Part shown: in pieces, positions 39,249 to 49,651 of the stretch
How positions within the stretch are numbered: position 1 is the first letter of the stretch
Layout of the letters: each line of letters starts with the position of its first letter
NCBI GenBank assembly: GCA_963729895.1
Contig: CAVSQB010000036.1
Location: 1-64,000 of the forward strand
Reading direction: 5' to 3'
DNA from: an uncultured Fibrobacterota bacterium
GTDB taxonomy: Bacteria; Fibrobacterota; Chitinivibrionia; Chitinivibrionales; FEN-1185
Length of the DNA: 64,000 nt
Program-made: the position numbers and the translations under genes
Notes under the pieces: model-generated
Databases searched by the model: none
Told to the model about the DNA's origin: nothing
Seen by the model: the letters and a program-made list of their open reading frames with translations, nothing else

Positions 39249-40628
39249 CTATAACGGGTCTTCGGAAATGTTGCGCAGTGCCGCGTGCTGCCGGCGCCTC
39301 AGTTGAATGAACCCGGTGAGGCCGATGCAGAACCACAGCCACACGATGGCGCACAGCAATTCTTCGAAAAACGCGATGCCGCCGTGCAGTCCGGAGAGGA
39401 AATTGCTCGCCACAATAGCGAGCAACGACAGGCCGAACGCGATGATAATGGTGACCGCAGACAGCATTTGTTTCGTGGACGCCACGGCAATATAGGCGAG
39501 CATGCCGAACACCACGATCGGCACGATTATGTTGTCGTATGCGAGAAGGTAGGAAAGCCTCACCGAGAAATGCGACGACAGGAACACCTGGGAGCCCCTG
39601 TTGAGGTAGGCGAGGAGCGCATTGAGCGTTTCCCCGCCGGCGAGCGCAAACAGCATGGTAAACATGTACAGCCGCTGCTTGGACAAAAGGGAAACGATTG
39701 CCGCCGCAATGCCCGCGCATACAGACAATGCAGACCCGAATTTTGCTATTGCCAACACAATGAGGCTCTGCCGCTCCGTTAGCCAGCTGTCGATGGCCGT
39801 TGACAGAACCTCCTCAAACCGTACAAACGGATCGTACTCGGCCAATCCGCGCGTGGTAATCGAGACGAAGAGTACCAGGCATGTCGTGATTACGAGCCCC
39901 ACGGCAAAGATCACCGTAACTGAGAGCCGCGAGAGCCTGGGCGAGCCGTTGCGTACCGAAATGAGCGCGGAGCCGTACAACAGGCGCCTCATGGTAAGCC
40001 GAAGCCCGGTGGCGGCGGCGCCGTGTTCGGGGGGCGGCACGGTGGTGTAAATCCAGCGCCGCAGGTACCATGTGGCCGCAATCATTGCAAGGCCGAGCAG
40101 CGCGCCCCACCCGAAAATCCGGATGAGGTGTTCCACTTCGTCAAGATTCTGACCGAACACGTACCCGATGGTTCCGAAAATTGACGCCCACACGATGGCG
40201 CCCAGCGCGTTGAATACCGTAAACGTGAGATACGGCATCTTGCTGACGCCTGCGAAGAGCGACAGATAGGTCCGCACAATGCCTATGAAGCGTCCAAAGA
40301 AAACGGTGGACGAACCGTGACGAACGAAGAAATCGGTGAGCCGCTGGATTTTCTCTGGGTTGAGCCCGATGTATCTGCCCCAGCGCTCCACAAAACCCTG
40401 ACCCAAGAGACGGCCGAGCCAGTAGCCACCCGTGCCTCCCAGGATCGCCGCGGCGGAGGCAATGATGATCACCGCGGCAATTGACAGTTTGCCAGCACCG
40501 GCAAATCCCGATGCGACAAGAAGCGCCGTTTCGCCTGGGATTGGAAATCCGGCGCACTCGAACAGAATGAAAGCCGCGACAATGGCGTAACCGAACGTGG
40601 TGACGAGATGGGCAATAGTTCCCAGCAT
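39249..40628 (-). CDS. DedA-family membrane protein with a degenerate PAP2-like C-terminal region
   Basis: ECAGFPIPGETAL, GYWLGR, FFGRFI and FNALGAIVW motifs, plus about 6 extra TM helices. Confidence 0.85.
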   Translation of the reverse strand: MLGTIAHLVTTFGYAIVAAFILFECAGFPIPGETALLVASGFAGAGKLSIAAVIIIASAAAILGGTGGYWLGRLLGQGFVERWGRYIGLNPEKIQRLTDFFVRHGSSTVFFGRFIGIVRTYLSLFAGVSKMPYLTFTVFNALGAIVWASIFGTIGYVFGQNLDEVEHLIRIFGWGALLGLAMIAATWYLRRWIYTTVPPPEHGAAATGLRLTMRRLLYGSALISVRNGSPRLSRLSVTVIFAVGLVITTCLVLFVSITTRGLAEYDPFVRFEEVLSTAIDSWLTERQSLIVLAIAKFGSALSVCAGIAAAIVSLLSKQRLYMFTMLFALAGGETLNALLAYLNRGSQVFLSSHFSVRLSYLLAYDNIIVPIVVFGMLAYIAVASTKQMLSAVTIIIAFGLSLLAIVASNFLSGLHGGIAFFEELLCAIVWLWFCIGLTGFIQLRRRQHAALRNISEDPL

Positions 40629-40939
40629 AGGATTCGCCAATGCGAAGTGGTAACGGTCGCATGCGCCGGCGTGCGATCCGAGCGGATCAAAATACACTAT
40701 CCGGATGAAGGCCTGGATAAAAACACGACTGCCCGGCATCCCAGGCAGGGGAACAGTGGCAGGCGGCCGGGAACCAGCCGCCTCAGCGCACTCCGGCGGC
40801 AAAAAGCCCTCGGCAGAAGCACAGAAGAAAGTCAGCGATTCCGCTTTTTTGTTGCCCCGCCCCGTCTCCCAATCTACGATGGCCGTATGAAATTATCATT
40901 ACGTCAACATCAGCAACGGGAACAACCCTACGAAAATTA

Positions 40940-40972
40940 GGTATGCGTCAGGAAACGATCCCCGACGCACCC
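40940..40972 (-). terminator. Hairpin downstream of the OmpA gene (probable terminator)
   Basis: Minus strand GTGCGTCGGGGA-TCGTT-TCCTGACGCAT stem. Weak U-tract. Confidence 0.5.
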
Positions 40973-40997
40973 GCTTACCCGCGAAGAATCTGATGTG

Positions 40998-42596
40998 TCA
41001 ATTATATTCCTTCAAAACATCCGGATTAAGCACTTTGAGTTCGACGCGACGATTGATCTTCCGTCCTGCCGCTTTTCTATTGTCCGCCTTTGGTACCGAC
41101 GACCCGTAGCCCATTGCAGAAAGCCTGCCCATCAACCCGGGAGCTACCTGAAGAAGGTAGTCGCGCACTGCCTCCGACCGCAGTTGGCTGAGCTGCAGGT
41201 TCTTGGCAGGCGATCCCACATTGTCCGTATGGCCGCCGACCTCAAGTTCAAGCTTGGGATACCGTTCCAGCATTTTGCCGATTATCTGGAGATACGGTTT
41301 TGAATTCATAGATATCTCGGCCTTGCCCGACTCGAAGTAGACAGCGTCGAGGATCAACATGCCGGTGGAAAGTAGTTTCTTCTCTATCTCGGAGCGTCGG
41401 TCCTTTTCTATCGCAAGCAGGCGCTTGCCTTCCGCCAGCGCCAGGATGAGCGCCATTGAGTCGCTCTGCGACTTGCGCAACAGTACGCTTGCGACGGCCG
41501 CAATCGAGTCGCTGGTACGCTTGCACTGCACCTCCGCGAGCGAGTCGGATTCCACCCGCTGTGTCAGGCTGTCCCGGGAAGCGGCAAGGCGATTGACATC
41601 CGTCTGGCATGTCTGGAATTGGACCCGCTCCGCGGAATCGGCCTTTGCTTTCTCGAAGTCGGCGCGCCTTTTTCCCGCTAGGCAGTCGATGGAAAAAAGC
41701 AGGTCGCCGAAAAGGCGGTACCTTTCCAGCGATCGCTGAGCGGGATCGTCGCTTCGCTTCTTGGATCCCGCCACGTCGCACCCAAGCGTAAGAGCGAGGA
41801 AGGCAGGCGTTCGGATAGTGACCGTCGGCGTCACCCAGACAGGATCAGTGGTAAAGGCGCTGTTCTTAAAAGACGTTCGCGAGTTCCCTTCAACTCCTAC
41901 TGACAAATAAGGAATGATGTTGCCCTGAATACCGCCCGCGAGAACCAAGAGAAGGTCTTTCCCGGCTTGGGTTGATTTCACCGCGCCCTCGTTGAGGTGG
42001 AGTGCAAATCCCCGGCCGTCATTGCCAAACACCAGCGACTCCAGCAGCTTTCCCATGAAATCGAAGTTGGTACGGGTTTCGAAATAGTTATACCCGTCGG
42101 TATAATTCGTATTGATCTGGTTCTTCGAAAGGCCTCCGAGCACGGTGCCCTGAGCGCCCAGAAAGAGAGGCACTCCCTGAGGAAGCGGCAATGATGCCTG
42201 CAATCCTCCCATTACCGTGCCCAGGCCCGACTTGTTGCTTGTGCTGTATTTCGTCGAATTGAAGAAATTTACGCTTCCGAAAACATCCAGGTGGTTGCTG
42301 ACCCCGAACGCCAGGGCGCCTAGGCCGGTTGCGATGTTTGCCCCGGCATTGGGAGTGCCCGGGTAAGCATCTTGCTGCCGGTACCACGTTCCCTGCAGGT
42401 TCACGTTGAGACGGCCCGCGCCGAGCGCTTCGGCCGACGAGGTCTGCGAAAGGCCGCGCGTGCCCCACGCCGTGGTCGTGGGCATCGGTGTCCACGTGTT
42501 TGATTGGGCACAGGTCGTGCCACACCAGATTGTCATGATCGCCATTACGGCGCACGCCCATGCGTTCATCGCTTTGCGGATTGCAAACAACTTCAT
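40998..42596 (-). CDS. OmpA-family outer membrane protein (barrel, coiled coil, OmpA_C)
   Basis: RBS AAGGAG, signal peptide, VYFESGK, GHTDNVG, NLQLSQLRS and NRRVE motifs. Confidence 0.92.
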   Translation of the reverse strand: MKLFAIRKAMNAWACAVMAIMTIWCGTTCAQSNTWTPMPTTTAWGTRGLSQTSSAEALGAGRLNVNLQGTWYRQQDAYPGTPNAGANIATGLGALAFGVSNHLDVFGSVNFFNSTKYSTSNKSGLGTVMGGLQASLPLPQGVPLFLGAQGTVLGGLSKNQINTNYTDGYNYFETRTNFDFMGKLLESLVFGNDGRGFALHLNEGAVKSTQAGKDLLLVLAGGIQGNIIPYLSVGVEGNSRTSFKNSAFTTDPVWVTPTVTIRTPAFLALTLGCDVAGSKKRSDDPAQRSLERYRLFGDLLFSIDCLAGKRRADFEKAKADSAERVQFQTCQTDVNRLAASRDSLTQRVESDSLAEVQCKRTSDSIAAVASVLLRKSQSDSMALILALAEGKRLLAIEKDRRSEIEKKLLSTGMLILDAVYFESGKAEISMNSKPYLQIIGKMLERYPKLELEVGGHTDNVGSPAKNLQLSQLRSEAVRDYLLQVAPGLMGRLSAMGYGSSVPKADNRKAAGRKINRRVELKVLNPDVLKEYN

Positions 42597-42732
42597 AGAT
42601 AACTCCTTTTGACTAAATTGTGTGCCATTTACGATGGACAAAGCAGGCAACCTGTTGCTCCTTGATAAAATATATACGTCGCAACCCTGAGCCAATTACT
42701 TTACATCTCTTCTTGCAGGCTTTCCCGCCTTT

Positions 42733-42794
42733 TCCGTTGTAAACAACGGATGCGGATTAAACACCTTGCTTTTCGCCGAAAACCGTGGTAGAAT
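42733..42794 (+). promoter_or_regulatory. Extended -10 promoter for the HD-domain gene plus a perfect palindrome
   Basis: TTGCTT (42766), 17-bp spacer, TGGTAGAAT (-10 at 42789). TCCGTTGT-AA-ACAACGGA at 42733-42750. Confidence 0.6.
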
Positions 42795-42842
42795 TATTCT
42801 CTGTTTCGGTCTCTGGGGTTATCCGAACCGAGGGGGAACTTT

Positions 42843-43766
42843 GTGGACATAATAAAACAATGGGTGCTTAAGCACTTTGAAGCGATTCTCATACTTGTCA
42901 TTACGCTGGCATTGCTTGCTATCAACTACTTTGTGGACCAGAAGCTGATGTTTCTCAATTTCTACTACCTGCCCGTCCTTATCTCAGGGTATTTCCTGGG
43001 TCGGCGGCATACGCTTTCGACAAGCTTCTTCATAGTCGTCCTCATCAGCTTCTTCATTATCTTCAATCCTCAAGCCTTTTTCAACGAATCACAGCAATTG
43101 CAGGTGATTTTGGACATCGTGATATGGGCCGGGTTCCTTATTCTGGCGGCCTACACGGTGGGCACGCTTTACGAACAGAAGCAGAAGAAGATTGCCGACC
43201 TAAAACGCGCTTACATCGGCGTGGTGGAGATCCTTTCGAAATATCTTGATGCCTCCGACCGCTACACCAAGGGACATTCGGTGCGGGTCGCCGATTACTC
43301 TGCTGATATCGCCCGCGCCATGAATCTGCCCGCATCGGAAGTGGAGAACATCCGCGTTGCCGGGCTTTTGCATGACATCGGGAAGATCGAGATATCCTCG
43401 GAACTCATAACCAAGGCCGCGGATTTGACAGATGAAGAGAAGTACATCATGAGCCAGCACGCGGAAAAGAGCGCCAAGATACTTGCTTCGGTCGGCGGGG
43501 TCCTGAAGGACGCGATCAAGATTGTTCTTTTCCACCACCGTCATTTTATCGAGAAGTCGGACAAAGAAGGGAAAGAAATCCCGCTGGGCGCCCGTATTCT
43601 TGCCGTTGCCGATTCTTTCGATGCCATGCTGAGCGACCGTCCCTACCGGAAAGGCCGGACCACGCGCGAGGCGCTTCTGGAGCTTGAGCGATGCTCCGGT
43701 ACGCAGTTTGACCCAGCAGTGGTCGGGGCGTTCAAACAGGTGATGTCGGAGATTGAATTGCGATAG
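42843..43766 (+). CDS. Membrane-bound HD-GYP-like phosphohydrolase
   Basis: About 4 TM helices. YTKGHSVRVA, LHDIGK and ARILAVADSFDAMLSDRPYRK motifs. GYP motif absent. Confidence 0.88.
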   Translation: MDIIKQWVLKHFEAILILVITLALLAINYFVDQKLMFLNFYYLPVLISGYFLGRRHTLSTSFFIVVLISFFIIFNPQAFFNESQQLQVILDIVIWAGFLILAAYTVGTLYEQKQKKIADLKRAYIGVVEILSKYLDASDRYTKGHSVRVADYSADIARAMNLPASEVENIRVAGLLHDIGKIEISSELITKAADLTDEEKYIMSQHAEKSAKILASVGGVLKDAIKIVLFHHRHFIEKSDKEGKEIPLGARILAVADSFDAMLSDRPYRKGRTTREALLELERCSGTQFDPAVVGAFKQVMSEIELR

Positions 43767-43772
43767 GCCAAG

Positions 43773-43792
43773 GCATCCTGACTTCAGGATGC
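43773..43792 (+). terminator. Hairpin after the HD-GYP-like gene
   Basis: GCATCCTG-ACTT-CAGGATGC. Confidence 0.5.
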
Positions 43793-43839
43793 AGGTTTGC
43801 TGTTGAGAAAACCTATGCCCTTATACAATTCTAAAGATT

Positions 43840-44871
43840 CAGCCCTGTCCGGCTAAACCTCTTGACCAATGGCTAATAGAATGATAATTGCACTGGAGCG
43901 GAGCGCAAAGAACGTAACCGCTCGTAATTGACCCGTAGTAATTCAATCAAGCTTTCAAAACCAAGCAGCCTTTCTCGGATAACCCGCAGTAATTCCAGCA
44001 TGGTGAAGGCATACCGTGCTTGGAATTTTATAAACGACAACAGGAGATACAAGATCATGGCTATCCACACCTGTGTCATTACCGCGTTTTCGCTGGTCCC
44101 GTAGAACGTCTTTATCTTCAAGTGCTGCTTGATCCACTTGAAAAATGTTTCTATCTCCCATCTTCCCTTGTACAGTGCAGCAATTGTCGTTGCCGACAAC
44201 GTGAAATTGTTCGTCAGAAAGACCAGGTTCTTGTTTAACTCCTTGTTGTAATACTGTATCAGTCGCAGCTTCTCCGGATATGCCTTGCTTTCGTAAAAAT
44301 TCGACATTTCGACTTCCTGATCACGGATAATTCCGCGTCTTACGTTCGGTTCTTTGTGCTGTCCGACAAGATGATATGCCATGTTGGATTTTGCCAGGAT
44401 CACGAATGTAACACCAGTCGTATGCAGTGAATGAAGCCAGCCAAAATCTGTGTAGCCTCGATCAATGGTGAGGATGCTGTCCGGCGGAAGCGCAGGAAAA
44501 TCATATTCGGCATCTTTCACCACCCGAATGTCATGGACTTTCCCGTCCGTCATCCGGATAAACGACGGTAGGTAACCGTCATGGTCCAGAAGCATATGAA
44601 GTTTCAATCCACCTTTGCGCCTGCGATACCGTGCCCATGGAAACGATGACAGACATACGCTGATCAAGGTTGAATCATGCGTAAATACCGGAACCTTTAC
44701 CCGAAAGTCATGACGAGGTGCCAATCGCTGGCATTTATCCAGAAACTGATAGAAAAGATCTTCAAACATCTTGTATGGCCGGAGAGCGAGTGCATCTGCC
44801 AGTGTACTGCGGGCTACACTCGCAAGACCAATATGTTCCCACTTATCCGCATTGCTCTTCAGACACGCTTC
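43840..44871 (-). mobile_element. 5'-truncated IS4-family element
   Basis: Putative right IR CAGCCCTGTCCGGCTAAA at 43840. Transposase homology stops at ~44871. No left end found. Confidence 0.75.
43873..44871 (-). pseudogene. IS4-family transposase lacking its N-terminus
   Basis: DST, KLHMLLD, DRGY, FLTNN and YKGRWEIETFFKWIKQHLKIKTFYGTSENAV motifs. The frame extends upstream of the track ATG through EACLKSN..VARSTLADA, then loses similarity with no start codon. Confidence 0.85.
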
Positions 44872-45437
44872 AAGAAAGCAAGTCCATGGGAGTCGATGAC
44901 GTCAGTGATTCAATCAGCATTTCCAAGCAGACCGTTGAGAAGTGCCTGGTCATGCCAAGTGAGGTAACCAGCATTCCGACGCTCGGCTTTTTTATCCAAC
45001 TCACAGACTATCCGGTAAGCAAAGACAAACTCGATATTGTAAATTTTCCTAAAAGATTTCTTTCGTATATCGGCAGGGAAGATCTTCTCTTCAAACCAAA
45101 GGCAACACCACCGTCCCAGAACTCCCAGGCTGGGCCAGCCTTGGTCCCGACACCGGGTCAGGCGAAGACGGAGGAGGTTCCCCAACAAAAAGAAATACAA
45201 AAAAAGGAAGAGCCGGGATTTTCTGAAACCAAGGGTTCTCTCGCAAAACTTGAGGCGCAAAGGAAAGAGTTCGGAGACCTTGGACAAGCTTCACCTCAGG
45301 TAGCGAAACCACAGGAAAGCAAATCTGAAGAAACAGACCCTTCGACAAATCAAATACCTGAATCTGTTCCAGAAACATCCAATCAGGACCAATCTGACCC
45401 GGCGGCATCCAATCAACACTCTTGGCTTGGCCGCTAA
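44871..45437 (+). pseudogene. C-terminal remnant of a type IV coupling protein (TraD/TrwB-like)
   Basis: ESKSMG..DSISISKQ..LVMPSEVTSIPTLGFFIQL resembles a T4CP C-terminus. Sits directly before a MobF relaxase. Walker motifs are missing. Confidence 0.65.
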
Positions 45438-45448
45438 AAGAAGCTGCT

Positions 45449-48400
45449 ATGCTCTCAATATCAAAACCACTGACCCCGGAAAGAGCTGCTTGGTATTTTG
45501 AACGCGATAATTATTACCTGGCTGAACAAGGGGAGTGGTACGGGAAAATAACCGAGGAGTTAGAACTTTCCGGCCCCGTGCAACGAGATGATTTTCTAAA
45601 GCTACTGGAAGGATACGACAAGAACGGGGATGCTCTTGTCGCGTCTGCCGGCGCGAAAGATATCAAGGACGACCAGGGCAATATCAAAAAGCATGGTCAT
45701 CGATCAGGAATTGACCTTACTTTCAGTGCACCGAAAAGCGTTTCCATCCTTTCTTATCATGATGCAAGAATCAACGGTGCTTTTAAAAATGCCCTCAAAT
45801 CAACGCTTGACCACGCCGAGCAGGAGTTCGCTCACACTCAAACAAAGGACCGTTCCGGGAAAGTTCATGCCGAGAAAACAGATAAGCTTTTATGGAGTAC
45901 CTTTGTCCATGATACGAGCCGGGAGCTAGATCCACAGCTGCACTGTCACTGTGTTCTCATGAACTTGACGCAGGATTCTCAGGGGAAGTTCAAGACCTTA
46001 CAAAACGATCCGATGTACAAAAACAAAATGTACCTTGGGCAGCATTTCCGAAGTCAGCTTGCAGGAGAAATTAAGAAACTGGGTTATTCAATTGAAGTTT
46101 CGGACCGCAAGAAAGGTTTCTTTGAGATCCATGGGGTAGGGGATGACGTACTTCAGGCCTTCTCAAAGCGAAGCCAACAAGTCCGAGAAGAAATGAAGGC
46201 CCTCCGGGACCTCGAGTATAAGGATCTTTCGCGAGAACATCTTGTCGAATGGGCCGAAGAGCGCCAGAAAGATTATGCAGAATCGCCGGACTATGAGATT
46301 CGTGTAAGTCAAGAGACGGAACGGCTTATGCATAGCGAGGAAAAAGTGTATGCATCCTTTCCGGATGCAAAATTGGCCGCAATTGCAACAACCAACAGCA
46401 GAGTAGCTAAGAGGGATGTTTCGCGGGAACAAGTAAAAGAAACCATGGACGCGACATGCAGGGCGCTTGGCACATCTTTAGCGGCAATTCAAGAGCAAGC
46501 GCTAAAACAACCGTCCGTGAAAATCCAAAACAACAAGCCTGACGACATCCTGAAGGATGCGCTCAAGGGAGTTACTGAAGGTCAATCTACTTTCACCCGC
46601 TACAATCTCATTACCGAAGCCATGAAAATTGGAATCGGCAGTTTATCGTGTCGGGATTTTGAGAACGAATTCAACAGAATGCTCAAAGATGGGCGAATCT
46701 CGCATCTCGGCTCCGTTGAAACCAAAGCCGGCACGAAAGAAGTTTTTTCTTCCAAAGAGATGATCGAGGTGGAAAATACTGTCATTAAAATGTGCAAGGA
46801 GGCTAAGGGAGCTTCAACCATTAATATTGACAAAACCGTAACAGACAAGTTTATTGCTGACACTGACATCAATCTCAAAATGAAATCCGCTCTTGAGCTT
46901 GGGGAAGCAGACCCTGTTAAGGCTGATTACAAATTTAAGGCTGTTCTCTCAAAAATTGAGGATCCAGCTATTAAGGGAAAGTTCATTCATCTTCGAGAGC
47001 AGGCAATTAAGGCCAAAGCGGATCCTTCTCTGCCCAAAGTCGATGCCGTAAACTATCCCGAACTTCATCAGCACTTTGAAAAACACGGATACGGTTTTAC
47101 TCCCGGCCAAAAAGACGCACTTCGCCTCATCACCAGTACCAAGGACATTTTTTCAACAATCCAGGGTGACGCTGGGACGGGTAAAAGCTTTTCGTGCCTC
47201 TATGCTCGCCAGCTTCTTGAACAACACGGTTTCATTGTTAAGGGGTTTGCTCCCACGGGAAAAGCAACTACCGGGTTGGCAAGTGCGGCGGTAATCCCAG
47301 AAGGCAATTATTCCACCATAGAATCCTTTCTTCTCAAATACAAAAACTCCTCTCCCGAGAAGCAACAGGAAATGTTCAGGAAAGGCAAAGAAGTTTGGAT
47401 CGTTGACGAAGCGGGAATGTGCGGAAGCAGAAAATTTCTTGAGCTTATGACCGTGGCACGGGAAGCGGATGCAAAAGTGGTATTCATCGGCGACCGCAAA
47501 CAGTTCCAGAGCATCGAGGCAGGGAAGATGTTCAGCGAACTGCAAGACCGGTCAGGAATCGACATGGTAATCATGCCTGATGTTATGCGGCAAAAGACGG
47601 CTCAAACAAAGGAAATCGTCAAGGCAATAGCGCTGAAGGATATGGATTTTGCCTTCAACGTCATGCGGGGTTATAAGAAGGTACCGGATTCCATAGACAA
47701 AAGAGACCTTTCAAATTATTCGATTGATTCTACAATACAATTCACCGCAGGCTACCACGGCCTTTCTACGGACACTCAGTGCAAGGTCAAATCCGTGGGG
47801 GAGTCTCTATCATTGGAGTATTTCGACGAAGACTCCCGTACATTCAAGCAGTTTGACTTTAAACCAAAAGAAATTGATTCTGCCGACTTCGATCTTTTCA
47901 GATCCCCGATCAATCATCATCCACTTGCTAAATTCAATATCGGCGATCAACTCACAATTTCCATCCCAGATCAGGGTCTGCTAGCCGCGACGACCTTTCA
48001 AGTCAATGCTGTTTCTGAAACGGGCCTCTCTGTTACTTATATGGACCAACAGACGGGGGAGCAGCGAAAAGCCGACTTCAACCCAACCATTAACCCCGAT
48101 AACGTTGTGCATCGATCCATATCAGGAAACGAAAAGCTGGTAAGCGGCAAAGACCAGTATGAGAACATGATCACTGTCGAATCCGATCATGAAAAATGCT
48201 TGAATCTTGCGGCCCAGGACTACCTTGAATCAATTGCAGCTCGTAAGGATGTTCTGCTTATTACCGGAACCAATAAGGACAAAGACGCGCTTAATGATAT
48301 CATTCGTCCGGAATTGATTAAGAAAGGTCTGGTGACCGATTCAAAAGAGTTTAATGTCTTTCAGACCAAGAGTTTGGCTGGAACCGCGGCTATGGCGGCG

Positions 48401-49222
48401 GATTCCTATAAGCAAGGCCAGGTCATTATAACGAATAGTAAGTGTGGTCCCATACCCAGAGGAACCCAGGCTGAGATTCAAACTATTGATCTAACAAGGA
48501 ATGTAATTACCGTTCGATATTGGGACAAAGACACAAAACAGTACGCAAAATCCGATATTGACGTAAGAAAAAACTGCAAGAAATTCAGCACATATGATCA
48601 ACAAAGAAAAGAATTCGGGGTAGGGGACCTTGTCCTATTTCTTAAGAACGATAAGAAGACTGTAGGAGTCAACAACGGTGATACCGCCAGAATCCTTTCT
48701 ATTGATTCGGATGGGAACGTAAAGGCCAGGCTTGAGAGCACGGAGGACAAGAAGGAAGTAACCTTCAACATCAACAATAAGGGACCAAAGGCATACAATT
48801 ACGTCAGTCACGCCTACGCGATTACGGATTACAAATCCCAAGGTGCCACGACAGGCCGTCTTCTTTGGTTCGCTCCAACAACCGCAGGGCGCATGTCCAG
48901 CAACACCTTTTATGTCGCGATAACAAGATGTAAAGAAGAGGTCGGTGTGTACACCGACGATGTTGACAAGTTGCGGGAAATGGTGAAACAGGATCAACAA
49001 AAAGAATCTGTCCTTGAATTCACCATGCCACATGAACATGAAAATCGCAAACAGGACATTCCAGTTAACAAGCCGCCAGCACCGGAAATAAGCCCCGTTG
49101 TCAAGGCATATCTAAAAAGTATGCAGGAGATATATTCACAGTTTAAGTCGTATTTTCCATTCAAGAAACAGAGAATAATGGACCCTGCGAAACCTAAGCA
49201 GAGCGTCGAGATGGATATTTAG
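45449..49222 (+). CDS. MobF conjugative relaxase-helicase (TrwC/TraI-like)
   Basis: MLSI..YF..DNYY, DLTFSAPKSVS, HDTSRELDPQLHCH, FSKRS, QGDAGTGKS, DEAGM, GDRKQ, HAYAITDYKSQGAT and YVAITR motifs. Confidence 0.95.
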   Translation: MLSISKPLTPERAAWYFERDNYYLAEQGEWYGKITEELELSGPVQRDDFLKLLEGYDKNGDALVASAGAKDIKDDQGNIKKHGHRSGIDLTFSAPKSVSILSYHDARINGAFKNALKSTLDHAEQEFAHTQTKDRSGKVHAEKTDKLLWSTFVHDTSRELDPQLHCHCVLMNLTQDSQGKFKTLQNDPMYKNKMYLGQHFRSQLAGEIKKLGYSIEVSDRKKGFFEIHGVGDDVLQAFSKRSQQVREEMKALRDLEYKDLSREHLVEWAEERQKDYAESPDYEIRVSQETERLMHSEEKVYASFPDAKLAAIATTNSRVAKRDVSREQVKETMDATCRALGTSLAAIQEQALKQPSVKIQNNKPDDILKDALKGVTEGQSTFTRYNLITEAMKIGIGSLSCRDFENEFNRMLKDGRISHLGSVETKAGTKEVFSSKEMIEVENTVIKMCKEAKGASTINIDKTVTDKFIADTDINLKMKSALELGEADPVKADYKFKAVLSKIEDPAIKGKFIHLREQAIKAKADPSLPKVDAVNYPELHQHFEKHGYGFTPGQKDALRLITSTKDIFSTIQGDAGTGKSFSCLYARQLLEQHGFIVKGFAPTGKATTGLASAAVIPEGNYSTIESFLLKYKNSSPEKQQEMFRKGKEVWIVDEAGMCGSRKFLELMTVAREADAKVVFIGDRKQFQSIEAGKMFSELQDRSGIDMVIMPDVMRQKTAQTKEIVKAIALKDMDFAFNVMRGYKKVPDSIDKRDLSNYSIDSTIQFTAGYHGLSTDTQCKVKSVGESLSLEYFDEDSRTFKQFDFKPKEIDSADFDLFRSPINHHPLAKFNIGDQLTISIPDQGLLAATTFQVNAVSETGLSVTYMDQQTGEQRKADFNPTINPDNVVHRSISGNEKLVSGKDQYENMITVESDHEKCLNLAAQDYLESIAARKDVLLITGTNKDKDALNDIIRPELIKKGLVTDSKEFNVFQTKSLAGTAAMAADSYKQGQVIITNSKCGPIPRGTQAEIQTIDLTRNVITVRYWDKDTKQYAKSDIDVRKNCKKFSTYDQQRKEFGVGDLVLFLKNDKKTVGVNNGDTARILSIDSDGNVKARLESTEDKKEVTFNINNKGPKAYNYVSHAYAITDYKSQGATTGRLLWFAPTTAGRMSSNTFYVAITRCKEEVGVYTDDVDKLREMVKQDQQKESVLEFTMPHEHENRKQDIPVNKPPAPEISPVVKAYLKSMQEIYSQFKSYFPFKKQRIMDPAKPKQSVEMDI

Positions 49223-49247
49223 TTCATTCACTTTTCAAGGAGGTCTT

Positions 49248-49586
49248 ATGCCTAAGGGAACACGCAAAGCCAGAAACCCGGTCGAAAAACTGGTTACACA
49301 GGTTGCCCAACTCAACAACGTAGTGGATTCTATCCTTGAGTCGGCCGACAAGCCGGGATTTGTTGAAGCAATAGTTGCACTAAAATCAAAGAAGACCGAA
49401 ACTCAGGCCAAAGGGCCAAACCAAAACAAGGAAGCCAAGGAAGTGAATAAGCTACTGAAAACATATCCTGGTCTTTCGAAAGCAATTCTAAGCACAATAA
49501 AATCCAAAATAGCCGAGTACAAGGGCTTAGGAGTTATCGACAAATACAAAATGGATACAGAACCCGAGGAAAAAGGCAAAAGTTAA
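49248..49586 (+). CDS. Small basic hypothetical protein
   Basis: Strong RBS AAGGAGG. Lys-rich, predicted helical. Confidence 0.7.
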   Translation: MPKGTRKARNPVEKLVTQVAQLNNVVDSILESADKPGFVEAIVALKSKKTETQAKGPNQNKEAKEVNKLLKTYPGLSKAILSTIKSKIAEYKGLGVIDKYKMDTEPEEKGKS

Positions 49587-49651
49587 TATCCCAACTAATA
49601 GTCTTTTTACGTAGATATTTTTATTATTTTATTTGTTTAAAGGGAGGCTCA

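Noticed and set aside
44718..44870. Start of the 239-aa plus-strand ORF
   Set aside because: It is the antisense of IS4 sequence; only the part after ~44871 looks like a real gene.
49588..49616. Third dif-like site (CCCAACTAA-TAGTCT-TTTTACGTAG) at the relaxase/cargo boundary
   Set aside because: Both arms match poorly, so it could be chance in AT-rich DNA.
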